The notes beneath the pieces are model-generated. The model saw only the letters and a list, made by a program, of their open reading frames with translations, was not told where the DNA came from and ran no database searches. A stretch of 62,690 nt of DNA, filler included, from Choristocarpus tenellus KU-1152 (taxonomy: Eukaryota > Protista > Phaeophyceae): NCBI GenBank assembly GCA_964200185.2. It is 10 parts of 10 records of this genome, joined end to end, with 100 filler letters (N's around TTAATTAATTAA, not from the genome) between each part and the next. Parts side by side here need not be neighbours in the genome. Positions count along the whole stretch, not along the records: positions 6,819 to 13,581 come from CAXNAD020007400.1; positions 13,682 to 16,572 come from CAXNAD020023879.1; positions 16,673 to 22,843 come from CAXNAD020008771.1; positions 22,944 to 37,315 come from CAXNAD020001208.1; 6 more parts are not named here. The stretch is one strand, 5' to 3'. The translations under genes and the position numbers were made by a program. Shown in pieces: positions 11,069 through 24,606 of the stretch. Positions within the stretch are counted from its first letter, which is position 1. Every line of letters starts with the position of its first letter.

Positions 11069-12610
11069 NNNNNNNNNNCTTTTTCCTGGTTTTGCCCCAA
11101 AAGGATCCCTGAAGTAGATCCCCCCCCCCCCCCCCCCCCCAATGATTCTTAGGGTCACGGATATGCTGGTATTGACATGTTTTGTACGGGGGACTCCTCA
11201 TCAAGAGTAACCTGAAGATGGTGACCACCCCTGAACTATTATTCGTCTTGAGGGAGGATATCATTTGACTGGGCGTACGCATATCATGGCAGGTATGATA
11301 TATTACATACGAATCTTGCGCATTGTCACTATTACTGAGTGAAGATAGTCGAGACGTACACGAGCTTGCATTTTAAGGATGGGAGCAAGCCATCATTTTG
11401 TTCAATTGCATGTAGAATATTCGCTGAACTATGGTGTCACTTTGTGTGTAGAAAGGGGGAATAACAATTTTTCGTACCCTATTGTGCACATAAAACAATG
11501 AATTAGACTGTATCGCACAGGGTAAGAAAGATAAGTTAAACTGCAAAATGGGCTAGACCTGCCAACCTTTCCATTGGTTTGACTCATTAAATGATATTAC
11601 CACTTTATACATTTTTTTTAGAGTATAACGCACCCCTAAAAATGTGTACTATCCCCACATGGGAAACACTGAGAGACAAAGATGTCAGGTGATGGACCAT
11701 TCGATCGCTCGGTGGGCAGAAAAGGGTGTTTTGTAGGTCCTAGACCGCTGGGAATGTCTTCCCAAAATCGTGGAGATCTCTGTATGTGTTTTGCATTCTA
11801 CACGTACGTGTGATGCGTTCCACTCCAGGAAGGGGAAACATCCACACCAACACACGACACCAAGGCGACGAACCGAAAATAAACGCCTGCAAACTTTAAG
11901 CCTGTAGGGTTCTGAGTCACGAGGTGGCAATGACTCTCAGGATCACATGTGGTATATTTTGACGCGATCATTGGTATCAAACGGAGTGCATCAACACAAA
12001 GCCAGATCCACTCCTGTAAGGAGCTCACTCAATTTTTGGACGCAGCACCTGGTCAGGCAGGACCTGCGACCTCACACACAGGACCATGCTTCTACAATCA
12101 CAGGAGGGGGAGGAGGAGGTAAGGTCCAATTTCTGGTGTTTTCAGAGTGTATCGGTAACAAATATCGTATTAGAAAATATGGTGCTATGCACCAATCCGA
12201 TATATACGTCAGACAAGGGTAAAATCTGTCTCTCTCTTTCAACGAGGCAGTCAAGGGTCATAGTAGCTGTCACCGAACATCTTTACTGATAGAAAATATG
12301 TGGACCTATACCTACTACTACAATTTCTGTCGTGATGGCGTTAATGTGGGCTTAAGAATGTACATGGTAAATTTGCAATTTTCCAATTTATTGTATCATA
12401 CGATTTACCTTTTTGGTGGGTGAATAGATCCAGTTGATACAGGAGGAAATCGACCACAACACACAAACATTCAACAACTTAATTGAGTGAAAGTTGGTTG
12501 AGGTCATACTCACTAAACTGCTAACAAAGCTACATCTTACACAGCCTCCGCGAGTACTCTCCGCCGTAGGCTGTAGTCTGTACTCCAAAAGACGATACAT
12601 TGTAGCCGTA

Positions 12611-13315
12611 ATGAAAGCTATGAAGAATGGCAAGAGTGTCTCGGTTACTCCCTTCCAAAAGAGGGTTTACGACACAATTAGGTGAGGAAACGTGCACACT
12701 CATGGGATGGGAAGGTCCCTGTTTGCAAACTCTTTTCCATAAACACGTTGTGCTCCACCCTCGGCCAGTTGTATTCCCAAGGGCAAAGTCTCAACCTACG
12801 GTGGTCTGGCGAAGGCTCTTGGCTCATGTCCCAGAGCGGTTGGCGGGGCGCTCAGGGTAAGAAGCCATCTGTCGTACTGAAAATTTACTTTATTAGGCAT
12901 TCTCAACGATTGTCGTTTCGTTGATCTAACCGCTTCAGGTGCGTACTTATTGCCCCTTCTCATTGCACAGAGGAATCCCTTCGCTCCAGTGGTGCCTTGT
13001 CATCGTATCGTCAGTGCTGATCTTACTATAGGCGGTTTCAGGTGAGTTAGATGTCTATAATGTGTTGCAGTCCATCGAATCAATCCGATGTTGCTCCAAT
13101 ACTATTGAACGGTGATTATTTTTGTCTACAAAATAGTGGGCCCTACAATATCGTTTTCCCTTTTTCGAGTTTGAGGAAGAGAATGTCGTGCACTAGTAAG
13201 TGTAATATCCTTTCCTTGTGCTGTGGCTCTCAGTGGAAGCATTGGCGACTGTGCTGATACTAGGAGGAAGCGAACAATTTTGGAGGGAGAAGGAATTTTG
13301 TTTAGCGGCAACAAG
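12611..13315 (+). CDS. MGMT: O6-methylguanine-DNA methyltransferase (C-terminal/ogt-type domain); exons 12611-12681, 12769-12856, 12971-13041, 13234-13315; last exon not located before the gap
   Basis: Spliced product ...TPFQKRVYDTISCIPKGKVSTYGGLAKALGSCPRAVGGALRRNPFAPVVPCHRIVSADLTIGGFSG...RKRTILEGEG contains the hallmark IP.G.V.TYG, RAVG HTH and PCHR active-site motifs. All splice phases agree. Confidence 0.93.
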
Positions 13316-14019
13316 GTGAGGATGCACGCATCTTCTCAATACCTCACGAAGTAATAGCTGCCTAGATATGTATCATAGGTGTGGTATTCGACTCTTGCTG
13401 CACCTCCGCACAACCTACTTGTTGTGGTTGTGGAGATGCGCATTAAGGGGGGTTTGATTGCAATCATGGTCTTGACAAGGATTTTGAGTATTTTTTTTCA
13501 GCCAAAGTATCTGGGAGGGGGGGGGGGGACTTAATCAAGGGGTTCTTTTTGGTCAAAAAAATGAAGGGGTATTAAAAGAATNNNNNNNNNNNNNNNNNNN
13601 NNNNNNNNNNNNNNNNNNNNNNNNNTTAATTAATTAANNNNNNNNNNNNNNNNNNNNNNNNNNNNNNNNNNNNNNNNNNNNCGTTTTCGCAAAACAACCA
13701 TCCTCATAGTCCTGCACCATCCTCAATTTTGAGAAAGACCTGTTCATAGGTCTGGGACCCTTTAGAACAAAGTGAATTTAAACAATTGGTCTGATATCTG
13801 TATGTTTGCTTCATCAAAGTGAAGCTTTTTGTGTCGCAGAAGGACCTATCTCATTTTGGGGAGGGGTGGTATGGAGTGCCACTTGATTTTTTTTTCTGCA
13901 ATTTATGGGTCCCCACAAAGAAATCGCTGTGCCTGGCTGGTTGAGTGGGTAACTGGCTGGGTACACTGGGGTTGTCACACTGTGAATCAAAGAAAGGATG
14001 GTGAGTAGTGTGATCTCAT

Positions 14020-14570
14020 CACAAATGTACAGTTAGGATATTTCGACGTAAGTACCAGATGTTTTTTCTGATCTCTTCAAATAGCTGCTGAGTTGATTGG
14101 AGGAGTCATATGAAGCTGAAGTAACTGAGATGGGGGGTTGCTTTGGTAGCATTGAGTTTGAAGAACTTGTCAACGTTTTAAAAACGATGTCATCCGAAAA
14201 AGAAAAATGGTGCGGATGATGAGCCGAAGTAAACGAGATGTACACAGGTTTTGGCCGTTTTGAATCTTAATAAGCCAATCTTTCCATCATCACTTTTGCA
14301 AATTACCCTTATTTCTTGAGGGGTCCAATAGCATAATGTTGGAATGTATACTGCATGGGTTTGGAGTGCATCTCCTGGTCGCTAAGGCTTAGCCAAGCTA
14401 TCTCCAACTCGTGTCCTCGCAAAAATGTCTGACGTGTTGGAATATACTGCGCAAGTTTCATAAACATCACTGGGATATTGTCAGAGACAACGGAACATTT
14501 CCTGGGCCAATGGAATATTATACAACTCAATAGGGATGTTATTGAACCATTGTAGAATGAGTGGGGTATT
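14020..14570 (-). pseudogene. Decayed coding segment of unknown family
   Basis: After a cccag acceptor, one frame runs ~180 codons (NTPLILQWFNNIPIELYNIPLAQEMFRCL*QYPSDVY...LFEEIRKNIWYLRRNIL) with a few isolated TGA/TAG/TAA stops. Protein-like composition, no recognised motif. Confidence 0.3.
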
Positions 14571-15190
14571 CTGGGGACAAAGCAAATATTCCAGAGATGA
14601 ATAGAAGTGGAACGAAAGAAAAGAGATAGTTCTGCAACAAACGTATGTTCTGGAAAGGGGACATGATTCCCCCACCCCACCCCCTTTGTTATGGTCCTCA
14701 CTTCCAAACATCCAATCTTGAGTCTTCCCACACCATGATAAATAATACGAAGGATACATAAGAACACACCCTGCTGAGTGATAAACGTAGTTACAAAAGG
14801 GAGGAAGTCCGTGTGAGGAAGAAAGAGACATAAACTCAAACACGATAGTGGTGCCACCTTGAAGATGTGACCAACCATCAAGTGGCAGATATCTGGAAGG
14901 AGGAAGTCATACGTGTTACCTTGGCACTTCACGGCAATACCTTTCTATCCCTTTCTCTGTCCCTCAAGACCATGTGTCCCCTCCTCACCCCCAGGGCCTG
15001 TACATGTACCCCATCGCCTCCACCAGCACTTCCATCGTCATCATGATTGCTATTGCCATCCATGTACACGTCACGGTCGTTAATCCCCTCTGCTCCAATG
15101 TCACCCATTCCTCACAGTGATAGTATATAGATATCTGTTCTCTTAAATATGCAGTATCAAGGTTGAGCTTAATTGCGTCTCGGTGTCATA

Positions 15191-15447
15191 GAGCCAAAAC
15201 ACTTAAGAGGGTAGGGCCACGTCCGTTTGGGATAATAAATCCAATGTTGTGATTTTGATTAATTTTGGCTGTCGTGTTTGTTAGCAAGTGTCAATATCCT
15301 TGCTCCGGACACACCTTTCGTAGTCGTATACATTTTAAGTAACTGTGTTCACACAAAAAACCGAAAAGGACATAATAAACCCGTGGGAAGTCAAGCCCTG
15401 AACAAACAAACAGGGCAAAACTCCTACACTCTTGAATGCTTTGACAC
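15191..15447. mobile_element. Degenerate copy of the Sola2-like MITE
   Basis: Starts GAGCCAAAACACTTAAGAGGGTA, is collinear with 56985-57245 and ends TACACTCTTGAATGCTTTGACAC. TSD eroded. Confidence 0.8.
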
Positions 15448-15851
15448 ACAACATGCAGTGTGTAGGCATGTATGTATGCATGTATGTATGTAGTAGTAGT
15501 ATTGCTGGGTTGGAGGAGGATGGCTGAGGTGCTACCAGTCGTAGTACCTGTAGTGTATGCAGTGGCAGTAGTGATAGTGGTAGAGGTAGGTCAAGCACAA
15601 GTAAACCATATATCACGAAGAGGAGCCTCCAAACTGATTGAAATTACAATTGCAATTTCTTGTGTAGGAAGTCTCAGAATTATGACTATGCTTCAGTACT
15701 ACTGGTCGCTCCGTGGTTGTGAAAGCTGTTGTGTATGGTTCGACAATGATGGAGGAAATATTATGTAGTGATTCATTGAAGGGTTTAGGAAGTGTAAATT
15801 ACGGAGTAGTATAATAATTGACGGAGGTATTGTTTTTATCGTGTCCATCCA

Positions 15852-16140
15852 TCAAATTTCTGAATACAGAACGCAGAATTCTGCTTTGCGCACAGAGCGT
15901 GAGGACAGGAGATTGGATGCTAGATTAGGGAAAAGGGTGACAGACTCCAAAGAAACGTATACCCACTCACGATTACCTACTTTGAACTTGATGTCAAGCA
16001 CAATGTGTTCTTCAATAATAGGTGATGATATGCCATCAGACACTGACATTTGGCGGCCATCACGACATGGTCTAAGGTTGTACACGTTGGTTGGGTCATT
16101 GATCACACTATGGCAAGCCCCCGAATCAAAGCATCATCGT
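15852..16140 (-). mobile_element. Ty1/Copia aspartic protease remnant
   Basis: CFDSGACHSVINDPTNVYNLRPC...MSVSDG...VSLESVTLFPNLASNLLS matches the Copia pattern DSGA(S)HHM...V.DG...L..V..VP.L..NLLS. Confidence 0.75.
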
Positions 16141-16751
16141 CTCCGAACCAGACACACTTGTTACAAAACGCTCCACAAGTTTACCATGATGGGATATTCG
16201 CCTCCAATCCATAAGAATGCATGTGGACAATGAACCTCGTACAAGGTTCCATGATGCACAAGCCGTAAAGTATGTTGGGTCTCTTACTTCAATTATTCAC
16301 TCCATAAGTATCATCGGAGTATAAAAAGGAATTGGTCAACGATGTCTCATCTCAATGGGGGATCTTATTGACTACATACTAAAAAAATAGTCAAGAAGTA
16401 CAACGATATAAAAGCTAGGACTTCGAGGTCATAATGGTGTTTATGAAACCGCCAACAAGACATATTGCATGTAACACGCCCCGCTGGCTCAGGGGGGGGG
16501 GGGGGGGGGGCAACCCCAGGGGGTCCTTTCGGGCCTGACGGGGGGAGGGAAAATAAACTTTTCTACCCAGCCNNNNNNNNNNNNNNNNNNNNNNNNNNNN
16601 NNNNNNNNNNNNNNNNTTAATTAATTAANNNNNNNNNNNNNNNNNNNNNNNNNNNNNNNNNNNNNNNNNNNNCCCCTCTCCCCCCTCCCAAAATTTCTTA
16701 TCCACTTCCAACAGCAAAGTGCTTCCCCCCCCCCCCCAATCATCCCATTAC

Positions 16752-19700
16752 GTGCTATTCCAGTTGTGAACACCACACTCAAGCGGGATGATGATGTTGT
16801 GCAGATTGGGGTACTTCGAACAGAGGGTCCTGTAACTGAGCCTGACGCAAGACCCACACCAAAACCAGCCGGTGAGTTTTATCAGTTTTAGAATGCACCA
16901 TTTTTCAACTGTTGTTTTTCTAAACAGGCTGTTGGTCGCATTTTGGTTGTGTGAGATTGTGTTGCCTCTCAAAAGCCTTAGTAGTGAACACCATCAGTCC
17001 CTTCTACAATACGCCCATTTAGTTACTTCTGAGTCCCTATCCATGTCTCACGAGAGGGTGTCTATGGCGAGGTATATAAAGCGCAGGTTGCGCTGTTCTC
17101 TTCCCATTTTTCCAACTAACCCATTTTGCAAGGTTGTTTTGGCCTTAGCAACTTAGGAACTATCATGGCAATCCCAACTTGGCTCACAAGTGTGTACCAT
17201 CTTCAATATCCCTGGCATGTGTGGGAGAGGTGGTTGGCTTGGTTGGTTGAGATCCCGCTTGGTATAGTGGTGTGGCCCTGGTCATACCCCTAGAGGTGTT
17301 GCTACAGGGGTGGATGGCATGCCGGTTACTCCCATGTCCCCTCCTCCCATGCATGTGTTCACTTGGGTACCAAAGGGGTAGCCAGTCGAGTGTTTTGATG
17401 GGATGGATACCTAGGGTTAGGGTTAGACTAGTCGCAACAATCTAGGGACAATCAGTTCACCTCCAACCCCTGGGAGGTCTTTTGAGCTCCATCGCTGTAG
17501 AAAAACCATGTGGGAAAAACAAACTGCACGAAAAGAACATTTGAAATGAGTTTTTATTTTGCTGTGCCGCCCCTGCTGCCATTCTGCATCCTATGCCCCC
17601 CCCCCCCCATGTAACTGGTGATGTTTCCTGGGCAAAGCACAGGCCGTCAAGGTATGGTGTGAGGTGTGTGAGGTGATAAGGAAAGAACAGTCGAGATTCT
17701 CCAGCAGAAGATATGAAAGGAAGTGGTGACTGCCAGACCTATTTTTTTGCTTCTCTAGTGATGAGAAATGTGTTCTGCTTGCTGTGGTTGGGAGTTGCAG
17801 GGAAGAGGGGCGTCTGACTCGGTAGGGTTAGGGATAAGTGACACAGCATTGTGATGTATGTGTGTATGCAGCATCCACCCTTTAGCGACCTTCGTGAGGT
17901 CATCATTGCTGTAGTGGGCGGAAGATAGGGATCCCAATACTAGGTACAAAATATTTGCACCACAAGTTGACTGAACTCCTCTGTATTCAACCCTCCCTCA
18001 ACCGAGTTGAGAGTAATAGGTGTTGAGTACAATGTCGAGGTGAAAACTCTGCCCCATCCAAATGAACCATGCTCTGGTGTGGTCAGAGGTTACATGTCAC
18101 AGGTCTGATATCACTTGTGTTGTGGGTTCAACCCTCCCTCTCCTTGTTTTCTTATTACAGGCATACTTAGTATTCCAGGGGGGGGGTTGCCGTTCACTGG
18201 CCCCCGCCAGGGGCATTGCATTGGAGCCTTCAAAGTGGGTTGGGGTTTTTTTTCGTTTTTTTTGCAGGGTTGTTAGGAACTCTTTACATTCCGGCCCCTC
18301 ACGTTTGATGTCCCTTGAAGAATGATAGATGGTAGCAGTATTGATGATTGAGGATTGAAGTCAGTTTTTTAGAGTAATGGGTGCCATTCGCCTATTGCAA
18401 TTGCTATTGACTAGGAGATTGGTCTGTGGGCTGGGTGTAACGTGAATGTTTTTACATGATGCTAAGAATTGTGTTTGGGGTATCTACGGCCAAAAGGACC
18501 ATCAATATGGGTGTCCTTTGTAAATCAATTCAATCATGCTTACAGTTGCTACAGAAGTAGGAGTATTATCTCGAGTGCCTGCGCTCTGTCTGTATGTAGG
18601 TGGTTTTCAAGAGCACTCTGTAGTAGGGGTTAAAATGCAAGACGGCCAAAGCCTGGATATCTCTTGTTTACTTTGACTCTCTTTGATGCACAAAATGACA
18701 GTGTTCAGAACTTCCTTTCCCAGGACCTCTTGGCAAAATTCCTTGTTGTTGCTCTCCAGGTAGCCTTCAATCTATGTGTGTCCCTTTTTTGAAGCTCCAT
18801 TAAACTTGGGAGCACCCTGATTCGACTCCGCCAAGGAATCAGACTGTATCTGGTGAATGCTCCCAATGCAGATTTGATGCCAGAAGAAATGAAATTTCCA
18901 ATGATCTGTATTCTTCAGATGAGTGTGTCTGTAGTGTTGCATGTTTTGGTTCCTACTCTTCACTCATTTGATATTGGGTCTCCGTGTAGCGACTCGTAAT
19001 GGGTTGCTATTACAAATGCAGCGGTCACACATACATGCAAACAAGACATAGCCATTAGTACTTGAGTAGCCTAGGTAAATTCCTTTTCGACAAAAAAGGG
19101 TACCTATATGTTGAGACTTCAACATGCAATGTACAATCACCCGACTATGTTATTACACTGTATCATTGATGTGTTAGAATATTGACATAGCTTGGGTATC
19201 GCACTCACTCCAAGCACTTGATTGGGTCAATATTCGCCAGGATGTTACACTTGGTATGGCTCTCGTCACTGTGGTTGGTCAGCCTCTTCGTAATGTTGAC
19301 CCCCTTGATACCTCCCGTCCTCTTGTGCAGTTTTCAGTATGCTTGGCCTAGACTCAGCTCTTGTGGAAAGAGGCTGAGGTAGGCAAGGTCAGTGCTGCGG
19401 TGTTGTCAGACTCCTGAGAATATGTATGTATGTATGTATGTGTGTGTGTTGTGTGTCTGACGTAATTCGACAGTGTAGGTGGGAACCTCCCTTTTTTTCT
19501 GCAGTCTGTTCCAGTTGGGAACCATGGCCTGGACCCAGGTTCTCTCTCTGTCTGCTACCATGACATAACCTCTGAGAACTTGGAGAGACCTTCCTATGCT
19601 GTCTTGGTGCTGAGGTGCGACCACGGCATTGCTCTTCCCTCAGGAGAGTCACTTCTGTTGCTGCTGTGTTTGCTCTAAGAAAATCGGAATACTCGATGCT

Positions 19701-21765
19701 AGGGCACATAGCAGTATGGATGCAGGGCAACGAAATTTGACCCAAGGTTCTCGTTCAGATCTGTAAGGTAGTTTCATGTCCCCTTTTGTTGCCAAAAATT
19801 GGTTGGAAAATATTTTTCTTCACTATGTTCCATTAGTACACTAAAAAGTAGATGCTGTATGCTACTACTCTGGAGTTGTATGTTGCTGGACTGAACGAAG
19901 TACAACATGAATGCTGCGTAACAATTCAAATTCAGGTATCAAGGATAAATATCATGTACCCACCTGAACTCAGACTGCGGAGGGAGCTGACAGAGGGGTA
20001 ATCTCAGTTATGTTGTGTTTTACAACCGGCCTCGCACTTTAAGACTGTTGCCAACCTCCCCCCCATTTCCAGGAGGACAGTACACACAGCCTATGAGGAG
20101 TGCCACTGAACAAAGGGTGACCTAATTCCAAGGAGTCAATAAATACAGCCTGTGCACTATGCTATCCTTTGGCTTGCTATCAAATCTCTCTGCAGGGGTA
20201 TATTATATATATACTGAATGTATATTATATATATACTGAATGCCGAATAAATAATTTATTGAGGTGGGCAAAATTCCAACTTTCCTCCTTGAGGTCATTC
20301 ATGATGTTCTACAAATGGCTGGTTTTAGTGAGTGATGAACTCCACAAGTAGTCCCTGAGTTGGTACACAACGCAGACAGGACAGGATAACTATCTTTGTC
20401 CTGCTGCGTATTGACAGAGTCTCAACAACAATTAATTATGCCGTAATTTCTCCGACAATGCAGGGACTAGTAGGTAGGTGTTAACAATTGATGCATCTGG
20501 TACATGAAATTTGATTGACGGCTTCTGGCACTACTTGATAATGTGTCACCATAATTACTATAAAAAAATACATAATTTATATTATGTGTACCTAAGTGGC
20601 GTAAGAAGTTGGAAATAATAAGTTGTTTGCCTCGCTACATATAATTACTTGGTATCTTCTACTACTGCCAATAATACTATTATGATATAGTATCTTCTCC
20701 TAAGTGTAGTAGTAAGTTGGTAGGAAGTACAACTATATATAGTTTGTAACAGTATATGTAGTTGACCGTGTTGTGCAGCAGAAGAAGAATCTTCAGCAGG
20801 CCTTGATAGGAAGGGGTAGTTTCGAGTCAGCACTACCATAAATAGTAATATTTCCAGCACAGGAGGAGGTACGATGAAGAAATATTTGCTAAGTGGGGGA
20901 ACGACACACAACCATACATTGATATTTCTCGTCAACTCCACTGAATATTTTATTACAACAACGAAACCCAGGGACTTCATACTTTTCGTCTAAGTATTAG
21001 TATGATATTATAGTCGTTGATAGTAAAAGGGGACACGTCTTGGTAAGGAGAATGTCAAGGGGTACAGGAGAAATGGGTCACACTGTATCATGCACTAGTT
21101 AAAGGGCAAGGAAGGGTCATCGTTCTGTAAGATTTGGTTGTCGGTTTACCACGGTTGCTACGACTGAAATACTAGAGGGATGGGGGATGCCACGGTGAAT
21201 GTTGCAAGAAATGGTCAGGCAAGGACAGCAGTAGTATCTGGTCGAAGATTCACCATCATTCTTTTTTTGTTATGATACGACGATAATTGTTGGGCAAGGG
21301 ACCTTTGTTCTTGATCATCATCTAGCGTTTGACCAGGATATAGCAAAGTCCAAGAAGGAACTCAATTGTGTGGGCTAGGGGAGAGTGAATAACAGGGCCG
21401 AGGATGATGGGCTTTTGTTGTGGTAGAGGTCATGTATTGCAGATATAATACAGGTTATATTATTATGGATGTGGGGGGGAGTGTGGAGAAGATACCACAA
21501 ACAAATAAGGCGTTCTCCGCAACTCTTTCATATTCCCGTAGATCTTTAGTAGCAATGTTAATAAAACGAAAACACCAACCAAAAGTACAACGTCGTCGTA
21601 GATTGTAAGTTCTGTTGATGGTGTTCGAGTTCTTTTCCGCATAATTGAGCCGCATTTCCGTGAAACGCCTATTTTTTCTGTAACCGCTCGCAGACAAACG
21701 CCCCCTTCCTGCCCTAACATTTTTTTGATGAATGCCTTGGTTGAGCGTATCCTCAAGTAGCGCAT
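16752..21765 (-). CDS. Putative Golgi type II membrane sulfotransferase, 5' part; exons 21765-21496, 17939-17879, 16841-16752; remainder lost at the gap
   Basis: Phase-compatible GT-AG joins give a basic N-terminus, one TM segment (VVLLVGVFVLLTLLL), a P/S/T-rich stem, then SRLSVVFTTGIA(R), which resembles the start of the 5'-PSB loop (..vG.pRSGST) of sulfotransferases. The diagnostic SGS/T is not visible. An alternative open frame exists, and ATG 21840 is an alternative start. Confidence 0.5.
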
Positions 21766-21840
21766 CGCTGCGACGAGCAACCTTTCCAAGCTAGTCAAAG
21801 TACCTCTACCCCTCTCTCTCCTTGGTAATAAAACGACCAT

Positions 21841-22472
21841 TACTTCGACTGTGACGTCAACCCTTCACAGCACATCTCACAAGATCGGATAGGTCATTTT
21901 CACCACAAACAGGACCTGATCGGATCATTACCTGTGAGCAATTGCCACCCTACCCATTATAGTTCACGCCGTTAGAGGAACAGCAAATGTCGTCAATGAC
22001 TACGAGGGGTACGAATTCTGCAGGGAAGGAGAGTGAAGTGTATATGGAGGGAAGGCAGGCCCCACTGAGCAATCTTGGGGGCTTACATCCCATGCATCGT
22101 GAGAGGGTGGAAAAGGTGATTCCACAGCCCAAAAAGGAGCGAGTTTCCGAGTGGTGAGTAAGTCCATAGTGGGATATATCTGACACATGTGTACCTAAGT
22201 TGGTTAGGAAGGTCAACGGCGAAAGCCAGGTTATTTCTGGTTTTGGGAAAGCAATTTCAATGAGGAGGAGTGACTTTCGTGGGGGACTGGGGGTCGGAAA
22301 TTCCCCCAAGAGTTCCGTTGCCTATCACTCCCTACGTAATCACTGGCGCAGATAACTCGCGTCCATTGCTCACACTACCAACTTTCATAAGCTGCAGCAC
22401 AACTATTTCAGGTAGTTCCTCCCAAATGCAATGATGTAACATTTGCACTCCCTTGGGTTCTACAAGCCACCC
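21841..22472. promoter_or_regulatory. Probable bidirectional promoter region
   Basis: About 0.6-0.7 kb between divergent starts of the minus-strand membrane-protein gene and the Myb gene. Contains a TGACGTCA (CRE-like) palindrome at ~21853-21860. Confidence 0.4.
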
Positions 22473-22768
22473 ATGAAGTTTCTCGCAAATGATGACTCCA
22501 TATCAGTCCAGTAAGTCAGATGCCAATCGGGTAGTAAGGGGTGTCTACCCATGTCGCTTCGGCTTATTCGCGGTATTCAACCCTTATCACTATCTCTTTC
22601 CGTGCAGTCGCCGAATTTGGACGGATGAAGATGATGCAGCAATCACTGAGCTCGTGGTGAAGCACGGCACAGGCAGTTGGTCTGTCATACAGGAACGTCT
22701 CTTCCTAGACTACGGTATTCAGGGCCGATCTGGGAAGCAGTGCCGCGAGCGGTGGCACAACCATCTCG
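22473..22768 (+). CDS. Myb-family (R2R3/c-Myb-like) transcription factor, 5' part; exons 22473-22510 and 22608-22768
   Basis: MKFLANDDSISVH|RRIWTDEDDAAITELVVKHGTGSWSVIQERL...GRSGKQCRERWHNHL is a canonical Myb repeat. A donor GTGAG follows; the contig ends at 22843. Confidence 0.9.
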
Positions 22769-23869
22769 GTGAGGCAGTGCACATACCGCCATTTTCTTCT
22801 CTCATAGATGGAGTACAGGATCAAAGTATCTGGGGAGGGGGGGNNNNNNNNNNNNNNNNNNNNNNNNNNNNNNNNNNNNNNNNNNNNTTAATTAATTAAN
22901 NNNNNNNNNNNNNNNNNNNNNNNNNNNNNNNNNNNNNNNNNNNGGGGGGGGTGGGGGGGGGGGGGGGGGGGGGGATGCTATTGCACCATCTCAGCCAAAC
23001 AAAACACATACACCCCCAAAACTAACCCCAACTCTTAGCCAATGACAACATAATTATTTGATTTATTATTCACAATTTTATAACCTGAGGGGTCCCAGAC
23101 CAATAGTCAAGAGGGAGTCAAAAGAAGGCAATATGCACTGGTTGAAAGTACAAGTACTTCAGAAGACAAAAAGGGTTAGGGTTAGGGTCAGGGTTAGGGA
23201 AAAAGCAGTCGAAGAAGTGACCAGTGCACTGTGCTCTTGTCATGTCCTATTTCATCTTAAGAGTAGGAGTAGGTGAGTGGGGAGATTGACTTGCTTAGAG
23301 TAAAGGCACAGGGCGCATCAAGGTATCCGTCGAGGTCAGAGAGGCAGCCTTTCACATGGCACGGACTAACAACCTTTCAACACAATAGTGGTAGGTGGTA
23401 CAACACCTGTGCATGGCTCAAGCAACAGTGAGTATGTTTCAGCGGAGGAGAATGCCTTAATTTGCATTCCATCTAGTGCATACACCCTTGAGGAGAGCAT
23501 GTTCCACTTGAGAACCTTGCACTATGTGCGATTTCCAGCGTCTAGGTAGTTGAACAGCAGGTTGGGCATTACCTGTGAGTGGACCACGATTTTATCCATA
23601 GAACACCTACGTGAACGCACGAAGTGCACGCTCAAGGCAATATCTACAAACTCAACCACTCTGCCTACCCATTATTGCAACAATTAACATTCAGATCAGT
23701 CTGAGGGGTCTCAAACCAGCAGCCAAAAAGTAGCCCGAGGAGAAGCAATAACGAAGTACCCTAATGGACACTAAAGAAACAGTAAAAACCAAGAAAATTA
23801 ATAGAGAACACTCGATCTAGCGAAGAGGAGTACCCAAGACCCAGATACTACTCACTAGTACCCAATACC

Positions 23870-24487
23870 TGGGACAGATCATGGGTGAGCCAAAATCCAA
23901 GCCAAAACAGATGGAAGGGACTATTAACATTGGGGATATCGTCTGGGACTTGAAATTATTGCCCTGACCGAGATATTTCGCGATCTAATTTCAGTTGTCG
24001 GTATCCCCAATGCTATTATAAAAAGCAAGGCAAGGTATCATCACATCTTGTTGAAGGCTACTCACTCAACCTTCAAACGCGTCACACAGGAGTGAAGTAC
24101 TACGGCTGCAAATTTCGGCCGCAAACTATTCATCCATCAGGTCAATGGGATTCGATCTTCTTTAGAAGCTGATTTGGTCTCGTGGAGAACGGGAGGAGAG
24201 GTGAAGGCACTGTAATCGCCTTGTGTATCCAATATTCTTGGTCAGTGTCACCTTGACAAAACGCGTTTGGGAGGTTTGTTACCCTCCTCGAAAGGTGTTG
24301 GGATGAAGTTCTATCTTACCTTCTTCGTCGCATCCCTTCCATCTCCCGCGGACCTCCCCTTGCTTTCACGAACACCCCCATCGCTTCTTGCACCTTTGAG
24401 TGTTCCAAATCCCAAGTCTCGCGCGAAGTTAGCATTGATGCGGACGTTCTCTCTTCTCTTCCGCAAAATTTCAGGGGTGCCTACCAT
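23870..24487 (-). pseudogene. Spliced gene fragment of unknown function with in-frame stops
   Basis: Exon 24487-24320 MVGTPEILRKRRENVRINANFARDLGFG...ATKK|GTAAG, then two phase-0 candidate exons (~24178-24071, ~24012-23869), each with one stop compatible with C>T. Confidence 0.35.
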
Positions 24488-24606
24488 TGTTGTACCTCAA
24501 ATAGACAACCTTAGAGACGAGAAATCAACAAATTTTCAGTCCGTCAAGGGGTGAGAATACCCCACCCAACACACGACCTGAAGTATGAGATACACGACCA
24601 AGAATG

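Noticed and set aside
12611-13315. MGMT as part of a methylation system with the MTase-like gene
   Set aside because: Different contig separated by an artificial spacer. MGMT is an ordinary repair gene.
14309-14932. 207-aa minus-strand ORF as an intact gene
   Set aside because: GTG start and no recognisable motif. An overlapping interrupted frame looks more protein-like.
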